From the sequence record ON528715: a DNA stretch of 39,034 bases; one strand, given 5' to 3'. This document shows, one piece after another, positions 8,602 through 17,704 of the stretch (positions are counted from its first letter, which is position 1; every line of letters starts with the position of its first letter). The DNA is from Shigella phage ESh1. The translations under genes were made by a program, and so were the position numbers. The notes under the pieces were generated by a model. The model ran no database searches. It worked only from the letters and a program-made list of their open reading frames with translations, and was not told the DNA's origin.

Positions 8602-8732
8602 AACACTACGTTATGCCTATCCACACGTCCAACGGGGCAACTGTATGCACACCTGACGGGTTCGCAATGAAACAGCGAATCGAACGCCTTAAGCGCGAAC
8701 TGCGCATCAACCGTAAGCTGAACAACATCTGA
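8595..8732 (+). CDS. 0.6: gp0.6
   Basis: MLKHYVMPIHTSNGATVCTPDGFAMKQRIERLKRELRINRKLNNI, matches T7 gp0.6A N-terminus; overlaps the 0.5 stop. Confidence 0.65.
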   Translation: MLKHYVMPIHTSNGATVCTPDGFAMKQRIERLKRELRINRKLNNI

Positions 8733-8744
8733 GGCACTAACACG

Positions 8745-8960
8745 ATGGAAACTACCGAAGGCTTAAAGCGAGGATATATGCCCAACGGGACACTGTACGC
8801 AGCAAACAGGCGACTTGTGAGGGAGTGGCGAGTAAATAACCTAGAACGCCGTAAGGAACAGGAGCGCGCTGCATGGCATCGGCGAAAGGAAAAGGTTAAA
8901 GTCAAGAAACTAGCCGCACTTGAACAGGCTCTAGCCAACACACTGAACGCTATCTCATAA
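8745..8960 (+). CDS. Hypothetical basic protein (0.6B/0.65-region)
   Basis: 71-aa ORF with own ATG, K/R-rich (RRKEQERAAWHRRKEKVKVKK), C-terminus resembles the T7 0.6B extension. Confidence 0.45.
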   Translation: METTEGLKRGYMPNGTLYAANRRLVREWRVNNLERRKEQERAAWHRRKEKVKVKKLAALEQALANTLNAIS

Positions 8961-8984
8961 CGAACACATAAAGGACACACTACA

Positions 8985-10064
8985 ATGAACATTACTGACA
9001 TCACGAACGCAATCGACGCAATCAAAGCACTACCAATCTGTGAACTTGACAAGCGCCAAGGTATGCTCATCGACTTACTGGTCGAGATGGTCAATAGCGA
9101 GACATGCGACGGTGAGATAACCGAACTGAATCAGTGTCTTGAGGCGCAAGACTGGTGGACTACCTTGAAGTGCCTCACGGCTGACGCAGGGTTCAAGATG
9201 CTCGGTAATGGTCACTTCTCGGCTGCCTATAGTCACCCTCTGCTGCCTAACCGAGTGATTAAGGTAGGCTTTAAGAAAGAAGACTCAGGCGCTGCGTATA
9301 CCGCGTTCTGCCGCATGTATCAGGGTCGTGCTGGTATCCCTAACGTCTACGATGTACAGCGTCACGCTGGCTGCTATACGGTGGTTCTTGATGCACTCAA
9401 CGACTGTGAATCATATGATAATGAGGTGCACGATAAATATGCTGGGATTGCAAGCGATATTATTGATTACAAATCGGCTGCATATGATAAGCGTACCGGA
9501 TGGGATGGGGAGTTCGTCGAGACTTGCAAGCTAATCCGTAAGTTCTTTGAGGGCATCGCTTCGTTCGATATGCACAGCGGTAACATCATGTTCGACGATA
9601 ACGATGTGCCGTACATTACTGACCCTGTGTCGTTCTCGCACAAGAAAGACGGCGGCGCTTTCAGTATTGACCCTGAGGAACTCATTAAGGAAGTCGAGGA
9701 AGTAGCACTACAGAGGGCAATCGACCGCGCTAAGGCACGTAAAGTACGCCACGAGGGGCGCTTAGCGGCTCGCAAAATGAAACGTCGCAACCGTAAGGCA
9801 CGCAAAGCACACCGCGAAAAATGCCAACGCAAGGTTGCACTGATGAACATAGCAAGAGGCCAGGACTGGCGCAATCACGTCAGAGTAAGGGATGTCATTG
9901 GTACAGTCAGACACGCAAACGCATGGGCGCAAATGCAGTTTGCGGACTTTAAGGCGCTTGAAGAACGCATAGCGGCCCATTGGTTCAACGCTGACAGAAT
10001 GGCTATAGCTAACGGTCTACCGCTGAACATCGACAAGAAACTTGACGCAATGTTTATGGGCTGA
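8985..10064 (+). CDS. 0.7: Ser/Thr protein kinase / host transcription shutoff (gp0.7)
   Basis: 359 aa, [26 protein letters not shown]..., same length and sequence pattern as T7 gp0.7. Confidence 0.9.
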   Translation: MNITDITNAIDAIKALPICELDKRQGMLIDLLVEMVNSETCDGEITELNQCLEAQDWWTTLKCLTADAGFKMLGNGHFSAAYSHPLLPNRVIKVGFKKEDSGAAYTAFCRMYQGRAGIPNVYDVQRHAGCYTVVLDALNDCESYDNEVHDKYAGIASDIIDYKSAAYDKRTGWDGEFVETCKLIRKFFEGIASFDMHSGNIMFDDNDVPYITDPVSFSHKKDGGAFSIDPEELIKEVEEVALQRAIDRAKARKVRHEGRLAARKMKRRNRKARKAHREKCQRKVALMNIARGQDWRNHVRVRDVIGTVRHANAWAQMQFADFKALEERIAAHWFNADRMAIANGLPLNIDKKLDAMFMG

Positions 10065-10134
10065 TAGTCTTATCTTACAGGTCATCTACGGGTGGCCTGA
10101 ATAGATACGATTTACTAACCGAAAGAGGCGCTAA

Positions 10135-12786
10135 ATGAACACGATTAACATCGCTAAGAACGACTTCTCTGACATTGAACTGGCTGCTATCCCTTTCAAT
10201 ACTCTCGCTGACCATTATGGTGAGCGTTTAGCTCGTGAGCAACTAGCTCTTGAGCATGAGTCTTACGAAATGGGTGAAGCACGTTTCCGCAAGATGTTTG
10301 AGCGTCAACTTAAGGCGGGTGAGGTTGCTGATAATGCTGCTGCAAAGCCTCTGATTACTACCCTGCTCCCTAAGATGGTTGCACGCATCAACGATTGGTT
10401 TGAAGAGGTAAAAGCTAAGCGCGGTAAGCGTCCAACGGCTTTCCAATTCCTGCAAGAAATCAAGCCGGAAGCCGTAGCGTACATCACCATTAAGACAACT
10501 CTGGCTTGCCTAACCAGTGCAGACAATACAACGGTTCAGGCTGTAGCAAGTGCAATCGGTCGAGCTATCGAGGATGAGGCTCGCTTTGGTCGCATCCGTG
10601 ACCTTGAAGCTAAGCACTTCAAGAAGCGCGTTGAGGAACAGCTTAACAAGCGCGTAGGGCACGTCTACAAGAAAGCATTCATGCAGGTTGTAGAAGCGGA
10701 TATGCTCTCTAAGGGTCTACTAGGTGGCGAGGCGTGGTCTTCGTGGCATAAGGAAGACTCCATTCACGTAGGTGTGCGCTGCATTGAGATGCTCATTGAG
10801 TCAACCGGAATGGTTAGCTTACATCGTCAAAATGCTGGCGTAGTGGGTCAAGACTCTGAGACTATCGAACTTGCACCGGAATACGCTGAGGCTATCGCAA
10901 CCCGTGCGGGTGCGCTGGCTGGTATCTCTCCGATGTTCCAACCTTGCGTAGTCCCTCCTAAGCCTTGGACTGGTATTACTGGTGGTGGCTATTGGGCAAA
11001 CGGTCGTCGTCCTCTGGCACTGGTGCGCACCCACAGCAAGAAAGCACTGATGCGCTACGAAGATGTTTACATGCCTGAGGTGTACAAAGCGATTAACATT
11101 GCGCAAAACACCGCATGGAAAATCAACAAGAAAGTCCTAGCGGTCGCCAACGTGATAACCAAGTGGAAGCATTGCCCTGTAGAGGACATCCCTGCGATTG
11201 AACGTGAAGAACTCCCGATGAAACCGGAAGACATCGACACGAATCCTGAGGCTCTCACTGCATGGAAACGTGCCGCTGCCGCTGTGTACCGCAAGGACAA
11301 GGCTCGCAAGTCTCGCCGTATCAGCCTTGAGTTCATGCTTGAGCAAGCCAATAAGTTTGCTAACCATAAGGCCATCTGGTTCCCTTATAACATGGACTGG
11401 CGTGGTCGTGTTTACGCTGTGTCAATGTTTAACCCACAGGGTAACGACATGACCAAGGGTCTTCTGACGCTGGCTAAAGGTAAACCAATCGGCAAGGAAG
11501 GTTACTACTGGCTGAAAATCCACGGTGCAAACTGTGCGGGTGTCGATAAGGTTCCCTTCCCTGAGCGCATCAAGTTCATTGAGGACAACCACGAGAACAT
11601 CCTAGCGTGCGCTAAGTCTCCTCTGGAGAACACTTGGTGGACTGAGCAGGATTCTCCGTTCTGCTTCCTTGCGTTCTGCTTTGAGTACGCTGGGGTACAG
11701 CACCACGGATTAAGCTACAACTGCTCTCTTCCGCTGGCGTTCGATGGGTCTTGCTCCGGTATTCAGCACTTCTCTGCGATGTTGCGCGATGAGGTAGGGG
11801 GTCGTGCGGTTAACTTGCTGCCTAGTGAAACCGTTCAGGACATCTACGGGATTGTTGCTAAGAAAGTTAACGAGACTCTACAAGCTGATGTAATCAACGG
11901 GACCGACAACGAAGTAGTTACCGTGACCGATGAGAACACTGGTGAAATCTCCGAGAAAGTCAAGTTGGGTACCAAGGCGCTGGCTGGTCAATGGCTGGCT
12001 TACGGTGTTACTCGTAGCGTGACTAAGCGTTCAGTCATGACGTTGGCTTACGGGTCCAAAGAGTTCGGCTTCCGTCAACAAGTGCTGGAAGATACCATTC
12101 AGCCAGCTATTGATTCCGGCAAGGGTCTTATGTTCACTCAGCCAAATCAGGCTGCTGGATACATGGCGAAACTTATCTGGGAATCTGTGAGCGTTACGGT
12201 GGTAGCTGCGGTTGAAGCAATGAACTGGCTCAAGTCTGCTGCTAAGTTGCTGGCTGCTGAGGTAAAAGATAAGAAGACTGGAGAGATTCTTCGCAAGCGT
12301 TGCGCTGTACATTGGGTGACTCCTGATGGATTCCCTGTGTGGCAGGAATACAAGAAGCCGATTCAGACCCGCTTGAACCTGATGTTCCTCGGTCAGTTCC
12401 GCTTGCAGCCAACCATTAACACTAACAAGGACAGTGAGATTGACGCACACAAACAGGAGTCTGGCATAGCTCCTAACTTTGTGCATAGCCAAGACGGTAG
12501 CCACCTGCGTAAGACTGTAGTGTGGGCACATGAGAAGTACGGAATAGAATCGTTTGCACTGATTCATGACTCCTTCGGGACAATTCCGGCTGACGCTGCC
12601 AACCTGTTCAAAGCTGTACGCGAAACTATGGTTGACACCTACGAGTCTTGCGATGTACTGGCTGACTTCTATGACCAGTTCGCTGACCAGTTGCACGAGT
12701 CTCAATTGGATAAAATGCCAGCACTTCCGGCTAAAGGTAACTTGAACCTCCAAGACATCCTTAAGTCAGACTTCGCGTTCGCATAA
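10135..12786 (+). CDS. 1: Single-subunit DNA-directed RNA polymerase (gp1)
   Basis: 883 aa, MNTINIAKNDFSDIELAAIPFNTLADHYGERLAREQ... to ...SDFAFA; near-identical to T7 RNAP with a few substitutions. Confidence 0.98.
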   Translation: MNTINIAKNDFSDIELAAIPFNTLADHYGERLAREQLALEHESYEMGEARFRKMFERQLKAGEVADNAAAKPLITTLLPKMVARINDWFEEVKAKRGKRPTAFQFLQEIKPEAVAYITIKTTLACLTSADNTTVQAVASAIGRAIEDEARFGRIRDLEAKHFKKRVEEQLNKRVGHVYKKAFMQVVEADMLSKGLLGGEAWSSWHKEDSIHVGVRCIEMLIESTGMVSLHRQNAGVVGQDSETIELAPEYAEAIATRAGALAGISPMFQPCVVPPKPWTGITGGGYWANGRRPLALVRTHSKKALMRYEDVYMPEVYKAINIAQNTAWKINKKVLAVANVITKWKHCPVEDIPAIEREELPMKPEDIDTNPEALTAWKRAAAAVYRKDKARKSRRISLEFMLEQANKFANHKAIWFPYNMDWRGRVYAVSMFNPQGNDMTKGLLTLAKGKPIGKEGYYWLKIHGANCAGVDKVPFPERIKFIEDNHENILACAKSPLENTWWTEQDSPFCFLAFCFEYAGVQHHGLSYNCSLPLAFDGSCSGIQHFSAMLRDEVGGRAVNLLPSETVQDIYGIVAKKVNETLQADVINGTDNEVVTVTDENTGEISEKVKLGTKALAGQWLAYGVTRSVTKRSVMTLAYGSKEFGFRQQVLEDTIQPAIDSGKGLMFTQPNQAAGYMAKLIWESVSVTVVAAVEAMNWLKSAAKLLAAEVKDKKTGEILRKRCAVHWVTPDGFPVWQEYKKPIQTRLNLMFLGQFRLQPTINTNKDSEIDAHKQESGIAPNFVHSQDGSHLRKTVVWAHEKYGIESFALIHDSFGTIPADAANLFKAVRETMVDTYESCDVLADFYDQFADQLHESQLDKMPALPAKGNLNLQDILKSDFAFA

Positions 12787-12794
12787 CGTCAAAT

Positions 12795-12817
12795 TAATAC
12801 GACTCACTATAGAGGGA
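12795..12817 (+). promoter_or_regulatory. Phage RNAP promoter phi1.1A
   Basis: TAATACGACTCACTATAGAGGGA. Confidence 0.85.
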
Positions 12818-12860
12818 CAAACTCAAGGTCACTTAATGAGTGGCCTTTATGATTGACCTT
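12818..12860 (+). promoter_or_regulatory. RNase III site R1.1
   Basis: CAAACTCAAGGTCACTTAATGAGTGGCCTTTATGATTGACC hairpin between phi1.1A and phi1.1B. Confidence 0.55.
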
Positions 12861-12868
12861 CTTCCGGT

Positions 12869-12891
12869 TAATACGACTCACTATAGGAGAA
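12869..12891 (+). promoter_or_regulatory. Phage RNAP promoter phi1.1B
   Basis: TAATACGACTCACTATAGGAGAA. Confidence 0.85.
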
Positions 12892-12965
12892 CCTTAAGGT
12901 TTAACTTTAAGACCCTTAAGTGTTAATTAGAGATTTAAATTAAAGAATTACTAAGAGAGGACTTT
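12892..12965 (+). other. AT-rich primary origin of replication region (downstream of phi1.1A/phi1.1B)
   Basis: AT-rich tract (ttaactttaagaccc...agatttaaattaaagaatta) immediately after the paired promoters, as in the T7 primary origin. Confidence 0.6.
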
Positions 12966-12969
12966 AAGT

Positions 12970-13098
12970 ATGCGTAACTTCGAAAAGATGACCAAACGTT
13001 CTAACCGTAATGCTCATGACTTTGAGGCAATTAAGGGTCGCAAGTTTAATAAACCATTACGAACCCGTGCACATAAACGCTGCTGGGAGGGTCAATAA
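12970..13098 (+). CDS. 1.1: gp1.1
   Basis: 42 aa MRNFEKMTKRSNRNAHDFEAIKGRKFNKPLRTRAHKRCWEGQ, as T7 gp1.1. Confidence 0.8.
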   Translation: MRNFEKMTKRSNRNAHDFEAIKGRKFNKPLRTRAHKRCWEGQ

Positions 13099-13099
13099 G

Positions 13100-13357
13100 A
13101 TGGGACGTCTATATAGTGGGAACTTAAATGACTTCAAGGCTGCTTTCAACAGGCTCTACCAGTTGGACCTTGCTGTTATAGCAGTTGAGCAGGAAGGCTC
13201 ACCAAACATAAAGGCAACCATGTACCTTCGGATTGAAGACCGTGCTGGACGCATAATTGCTCAGGAAGAGATTCACCACTGCGACGAAGACGTTCTGTAC
13301 AATATATGCACTGCTTGGCTGAACCGTATGTATGACCAGTTGAAGGACTGGAAGTAA
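13100..13357 (+). CDS. 1.2: gp1.2, inhibitor of host dGTP triphosphohydrolase
   Basis: 85 aa; N- and C-termini (MGRLYSGNL.. and ..MYDQLKDWK) match T7 gp1.2, central region diverged. Confidence 0.8.
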   Translation: MGRLYSGNLNDFKAAFNRLYQLDLAVIAVEQEGSPNIKATMYLRIEDRAGRIIAQEEIHHCDEDVLYNICTAWLNRMYDQLKDWK

Positions 13358-13377
13358 TACGACTCACTAAAGGTAGA
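13355..13377 (+). promoter_or_regulatory. Phage RNAP promoter phi1.3
   Basis: TAATACGACTCACTAAAGGTAGA, overlapping the 1.2 stop. Confidence 0.8.
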
Positions 13378-13382
13378 ACCCA

Positions 13383-13796
13383 ATGAACGACATAAAGCGA
13401 TTCAACGATAAGACCGAACCGTGTGGTGATTGTTTGCGTTGGATTGGTAGCATCCAGCCTAATGGCTACGGACGGTTTCGCCTGCATGGTAAGCCTATGT
13501 ATGCCCATAGGGCTTCGTACATTCTGTTCAACGGTGAGTTGAATAATGGTGATGTAGTCCTACACTCCTGTGACAATAGATGGTGTGTAAATCCGGCACA
13601 CCTAATCAAGGGCACACAGGCAGATAACCTTATAGACATGGCTATCAAAGGCCGTGGCGCTAGAAAGATAACTAATGAGCAGGTCGAGATGATACGTATG
13701 GACCCTCGCTCCGGCAGGGAGCTAGCAAGGGTACTTAATGTAGCTGCTTCGACAATAAGCCACATACGAAACGGTAAACTGAGGAAATATATATGA
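13383..13796 (+). CDS. HNH-family homing endonuclease (free-standing), inserted between phi1.3 and the ligase gene
   Basis: 137 aa with N-terminal CGDCLRW and HNH core GDVVLHSCDNRWCVNPAHLIKGTQADN; stop overlaps ligase start (ATGA). No counterpart at this site in T7. Confidence 0.8.
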   Translation: MNDIKRFNDKTEPCGDCLRWIGSIQPNGYGRFRLHGKPMYAHRASYILFNGELNNGDVVLHSCDNRWCVNPAHLIKGTQADNLIDMAIKGRGARKITNEQVEMIRMDPRSGRELARVLNVAASTISHIRNGKLRKYI

Positions 13797-14875
13797 TTAT
13801 CAACTTTAAGACTTCACCATACAAGGCAGTATCTTTCGTAGAGTCTGCCATCAAGAAAGCTCTGGATAACGCTGGGTATCTTATCGCTGACATTAAGTAC
13901 GATGGTGTCCGTGGTAACATCTGCGTAGACAATACCGCTAACTGCTGCTGGCTCTCTCGTGTATCTAAAACGATTCCGGCACTGGAGCACTTAAACGGAT
14001 TTGATGTTCGCTGGAAGCGTCTGCTGAACGATGACCGTTGCTTCTACAAAGACGGCTTCATGCTTGATGGGGAACTCATGGTCAAAGGCGTAGACTTTAA
14101 CGCAGGGTCCGGCCTACTGCGTACCAAATGGACTGACACCAAGAACCAAGAGTTCCACGAAGAGTTATTCGTTGAACCAATCCGTAAGAAAGATAAGGTT
14201 CCCTTTAAGCTACACACTGGACACCTTCACGTCAAACTGTACGCTATCCTCCCGCTGCACATAGTAGAGTCTGGAGAAGACTGTGACGTTATGACGTTGC
14301 TCATGCAGGAACACGTTAAGAACATGCTGCCTCTGCTACAGGAATACTTCCCTGAAATTGAGTGGCAAGCGGCTGAATCTTACGAAGTATACGACATGAT
14401 TGAACTCCAGCAATTGTACGAGCAGAAGCGAGCAGAAGGCCATGAGGGTCTCATTGTGAAAGACCCGATGTGTATCTATAAGCGCGGTAAGAAGTCAGGC
14501 TGGTGGAAAATGAAACCTGAGAACGAAGCTGACGGTATCATTCAGGGTCTGGTATGGGGTACAAAAGGTCTGGCTAATGAAGGCAAAGTGATTGGTTTTG
14601 AGGTGCTTCTTGAGAGTGGGCGTGTAGTTAACGCCACGAATATCTCTCGCGACTTAATGGATGAGTTCACTGAGACAGTAAAAGAGGCCACCCTAAGTCA
14701 ATGGGGATTCTTTAGCCCATACGGTATTGGAGACAACGATGCCTGTACGATTAACCCTTACGATGGATGGGCGTGTCAAATCAGCTACATGGAGGAAACA
14801 CCTGACGGCTCTCTACGTCACCCATCGTTCGTAATGTTCCGTGGCACAGAGGACAACCCTCAAGAGAAAATGTAA
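13793..14875 (+). CDS. 1.3: ATP-dependent DNA ligase (gp1.3)
   Basis: 360 aa with adenylation motif IADIKYDGVRG; otherwise near-identical to T7 ligase. Confidence 0.95.
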   Translation: MIINFKTSPYKAVSFVESAIKKALDNAGYLIADIKYDGVRGNICVDNTANCCWLSRVSKTIPALEHLNGFDVRWKRLLNDDRCFYKDGFMLDGELMVKGVDFNAGSGLLRTKWTDTKNQEFHEELFVEPIRKKDKVPFKLHTGHLHVKLYAILPLHIVESGEDCDVMTLLMQEHVKNMLPLLQEYFPEIEWQAAESYEVYDMIELQQLYEQKRAEGHEGLIVKDPMCIYKRGKKSGWWKMKPENEADGIIQGLVWGTKGLANEGKVIGFEVLLESGRVVNATNISRDLMDEFTETVKEATLSQWGFFSPYGIGDNDACTINPYDGWACQISYMEETPDGSLRHPSFVMFRGTEDNPQEKM

Positions 14876-14882
14876 TTATACT

Positions 14883-14913
14883 GGCTCACCTTCGGGTGGG
14901 CCTTTCTGCGTTT
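14883..14913 (+). terminator. Early terminator TE (rho-independent)
   Basis: GGCTCACC-TTCG-GGTGGGCC hairpin followed by a T-rich tract, same as T7 TE after gene 1.3. Confidence 0.85.
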
Positions 14914-14927
14914 ATAGGAGGCACTTT

Positions 14928-15083
14928 ATGTTTAAGAAGGTTGGTAAATTCCTTGCAGCTTGGGCAGCTATCCTGACGTTTGCGTATCTTCTTGCGGTAT
15001 ACCCTCAAGTAGCACTCGTAGTAGTTGGCGCTTGCTGCTTAGCGGCAGCGTGTGCTTGCGTATGGTGCTTCGTTAACTGCTAA
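14928..15083 (+). CDS. 1.4: gp1.4 small hydrophobic protein
   Basis: 51 aa MFKKVGKFLAAWAAILTFAYLLAVYPQ...; start chosen by homology and position after TE. Confidence 0.7.
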   Translation: MFKKVGKFLAAWAAILTFAYLLAVYPQVALVVVGACCLAAACACVWCFVNC

Positions 15084-15103
15084 TACGACTCACTAAAGGA
15101 GGT
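15081..15103 (+). promoter_or_regulatory. Phage RNAP promoter phi1.5
   Basis: TAATACGACTCACTAAAGGAGGT. Confidence 0.8.
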
Positions 15104-15110
15104 ACACATC

Positions 15111-15200
15111 ATGATGTACTTAATGCCATTACTCATTGTTATCATAGGATGCCTTGCGCTCCATTGTAGTGACGATGACATGCCAGATGGTCACGCTTAA
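15111..15200 (+). CDS. 1.5: gp1.5
   Basis: 29 aa MMYLMPLLIVIIGCLALHCSDDDMPDGHA between phi1.5 and phi1.6. Confidence 0.65.
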   Translation: MMYLMPLLIVIIGCLALHCSDDDMPDGHA

Positions 15201-15220
15201 TACGACTCACTAAAGGAGAC
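15198..15220 (+). promoter_or_regulatory. Phage RNAP promoter phi1.6
   Basis: TAATACGACTCACTAAAGGAGAC. Confidence 0.8.
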
Positions 15221-15225
15221 ACTAT

Positions 15226-15486
15226 ATGTTTCGACTTCATTACAACAAAAGCATTAAGAATTTCACGGTTCGCCGTGCTGACCGTTCAATCGTATGTGCG
15301 AGCGAGCGCCGAGCTAAATTACCTCTTATTGGTAACACAGTTCCTCTGGCACCGAGCGTCCACATCATTATCACCCGTGGTGACTTCGAGAAAGCAGTAG
15401 ACAAGAAACGTCCGGTTCTTAGTGTGGCAGTGACCCGATTCCCGTTCGTCCGTCTGTTACTCAAACGAATCAAGGAGGTGTTCTGA
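15226..15486 (+). CDS. 1.6: gp1.6
   Basis: 86 aa ORF at the T7 1.6 position; [21 protein letters not shown]... Confidence 0.8.
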   Translation: MFRLHYNKSIKNFTVRRADRSIVCASERRAKLPLIGNTVPLAPSVHIIITRGDFEKAVDKKRPVLSVAVTRFPFVRLLLKRIKEVF

Positions 15487-16079
15487 TGGGACTGTTAGAT
15501 GGTTCAGATTGGGAAAAAGAAAACCCACCAGTTCAATCAACTGGGTGTATAGCTTGCTTAGAGAAAGATGACCGTTATCCACACACTTGCAACAAAGGAG
15601 CTAACAATATGACCGAACGTGAACAAGAGATTATCATTAAGTTGATAGATAATAACGAGGGTCGTAGCGGAGACACATCTGGTTGTGGACTGTTCTGCGC
15701 TGGAGTACCTTGCGGCGAGTGTCCTGTGACAAACGATGGGCACATTACTCTAGGTGAAATCCGAGCGATGGACCCGCGTAAACCTCACCTGAATAAACTT
15801 GAGGTAACTCCTACAGATGACCATCCTTCCGCTGAGGCAATCGAAGGTGTCACTAAGCCTTCCCATTACATGCTGTTCGATGACATTGAGGCTATCGAAG
15901 TGATTGCCCGTTCAATGACTCGTGAGCAGTTCAAAGGGTACTGCTTAGGGAACATCCTTAAGTACCGCCTACGTGCTGGTAAGAAGTCAGAACTGGCTTA
16001 CTTAGAGAAAGACATGGCGAAAGCTGGCTTCTATGGTGAACTGTACGAGAAACATAAGGATAAGTGCTATGACGCTTAA
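15486..16079 (+). CDS. 1.7: Nucleotide kinase (gp1.7)
   Basis: 197 aa, Cys-rich N-terminal region, matches T7 gp1.7; start overlaps the 1.6 stop. Confidence 0.85.
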   Translation: MGLLDGSDWEKENPPVQSTGCIACLEKDDRYPHTCNKGANNMTEREQEIIIKLIDNNEGRSGDTSGCGLFCAGVPCGECPVTNDGHITLGEIRAMDPRKPHLNKLEVTPTDDHPSAEAIEGVTKPSHYMLFDDIEAIEVIARSMTREQFKGYCLGNILKYRLRAGKKSELAYLEKDMAKAGFYGELYEKHKDKCYDA

Positions 16080-16159
16080 CGATGTTCTGTACTTCGGATT
16101 AATTTGTGCTGGAGTAGGCGCGTTACTTCGCTTAATGTATTGGGCCATAGAGGTGGAAT

Positions 16160-16176
<17 letters not shown>
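16069..16176 (+). CDS. Small ORF overlapping 1.7 end (1.8-region, frame A)
   Basis: 35-aa ORF MTLNDVLYFGLICAGVGALLRLMYWAIEVEYGKAK starting where T7 gene 1.8 would start; below the ORF-track cutoff. Confidence 0.35.
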
Positions 16177-16472
<296 letters not shown>

Positions 16473-16475
<3 letters not shown>

Positions 16476-16495
16476 TACGACTCACTATTAGGGAG
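16473..16495 (+). promoter_or_regulatory. Phage RNAP promoter phi2.5
   Basis: TAATACGACTCACTATTAGGGAG, overlapping the gene 2 stop. Confidence 0.8.
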
Positions 16496-16549
16496 GGAAG
16501 ACCCCCCCCCCTTTGAGAAACCAAATGAAACCTAAAGGAGATTAACATT

Positions 16550-17248
16550 ATGGCTAAGAAGATTTTCACCTCTGCGCTTGGCATCGCTGAACCTTACGCT
16601 TACATCTCTAAGCCGGACTACGGCAACGAAGAGCGTGGCTTTGGGAACCCTCGCGGTGTCTACAAAGTTGACCTGACTATTCCCAACAAAGACCCGCGCT
16701 GCCAGCGTATGGTCGATGAAATCGTGAAGTGCCACGAAGAGGCTTATGCTGCTGCCGTTGAGGAATACGAAGCTAACCCGCCTGCTGTAGCTCGTGGTAA
16801 GAAACCTCTGAAACCGTATGAAGGAGACATGCCGTTCTTCGATAACGGTGACGGCACGACTACCTTTAAGTTCAAATGCTATGCGTCTTTCCAAGACAAG
16901 AAAACCAAAGAGACCAAGCACATCAATCTGGTTGTGGTTGACTCCAAGGGCAAGAAGATTGAAGACGTTCCGATTATCGGTGGCGGCTCTAAGCTGAAAG
17001 TCAAATACTCTCTGGTTCCGTACAAGTGGAACACTGCTGTGGGTGCCAGCGTTAAGCTGCAACTTGAATCCGTGATGCTGGTCGAACTGGCTACCTTTGG
17101 TGGTGGTGAAGACGATTGGGCTGACGAAGTTGAAGAGAACGGCTATGTTGCCTCTGGTTCTGCCAAAGCGAGCAAACCACGCGACGAAGAAAGCTGGGAC
17201 GAAGACGACGAAGGCTCTTACGAAGAAGACTCAGACGGAGACTTCTAA
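16550..17248 (+). CDS. 2.5: Single-stranded DNA-binding protein (gp2.5)
   Basis: 232 aa with acidic C-terminus ...DEDDEGSYEEDSDGDF; matches T7 gp2.5. Confidence 0.95.
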   Translation: MAKKIFTSALGIAEPYAYISKPDYGNEERGFGNPRGVYKVDLTIPNKDPRCQRMVDEIVKCHEEAYAAAVEEYEANPPAVARGKKPLKPYEGDMPFFDNGDGTTTFKFKCYASFQDKKTKETKHINLVVVDSKGKKIEDVPIIGGGSKLKVKYSLVPYKWNTAVGASVKLQLESVMLVELATFGGGEDDWADEVEENGYVASGSAKASKPRDEESWDEDDEGSYEEDSDGDF

Positions 17249-17704
17249 GTGGCTGGCGCATACGCTGCGCGTGGTATCAGAAAGGTCGGGACATTCCGTT
17301 CCGGCCTAGAAGATAAGGTCTCTAAGCAGCTAGAGGGTAAGGGCATTAAGTTCGACTATGAACTGTGGAAAATCCCTTACGTTGTCCCTGCGAGCAACCA
17401 TGTGTATACTCCAGACTTCCTGCTGCCTAACGGAATCTTTATTGAAACCAAAGGTTTATGGGAGAGTGACGACCGAAAGAAACACTTACTGATTCGCGAA
17501 CAGTTTCCCGAACTGGACATCCGTCTGGTGTTCTCAAGCTCACGCACTAAGCTGTATAAAGGGTCTCCTACCAGTTATGGTGAGTGGTGTGAGAAGCACG
17601 GTATTCTGTTTGCTGACAAATTAATTCCTGTAGAATGGCTCAAAGAACCCAAAAAGGAGGTGCCATTTGACAAGCTGAAACAATCGAAGGGAGGAAAGAA
17701 ATAA
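17249..17704 (+). CDS. 3: Endonuclease I, Holliday-junction resolvase (gp3), GTG start
   Basis: 151 aa (M)AGAYAARGIRKVGTFRSGLEDKVSKQLEGKGIKF.. matches T7 endonuclease I; begins directly after the 2.5 stop. Confidence 0.85.
   Translation: MAGAYAARGIRKVGTFRSGLEDKVSKQLEGKGIKFDYELWKIPYVVPASNHVYTPDFLLPNGIFIETKGLWESDDRKKHLLIREQFPELDIRLVFSSSRTKLYKGSPTSYGEWCEKHGILFADKLIPVEWLKEPKKEVPFDKLKQSKGGKK

Noticed and set aside
8403-8732. Single 109-aa ORF spanning the 0.5/0.6 region
   Set aside because: Its N-terminal part has no RBS and runs through the R0.5 hairpin. Two small genes (0.5 at 8473..8601 and 0.6 at 8595..8732) fit the RBS positions and T7 organisation better.
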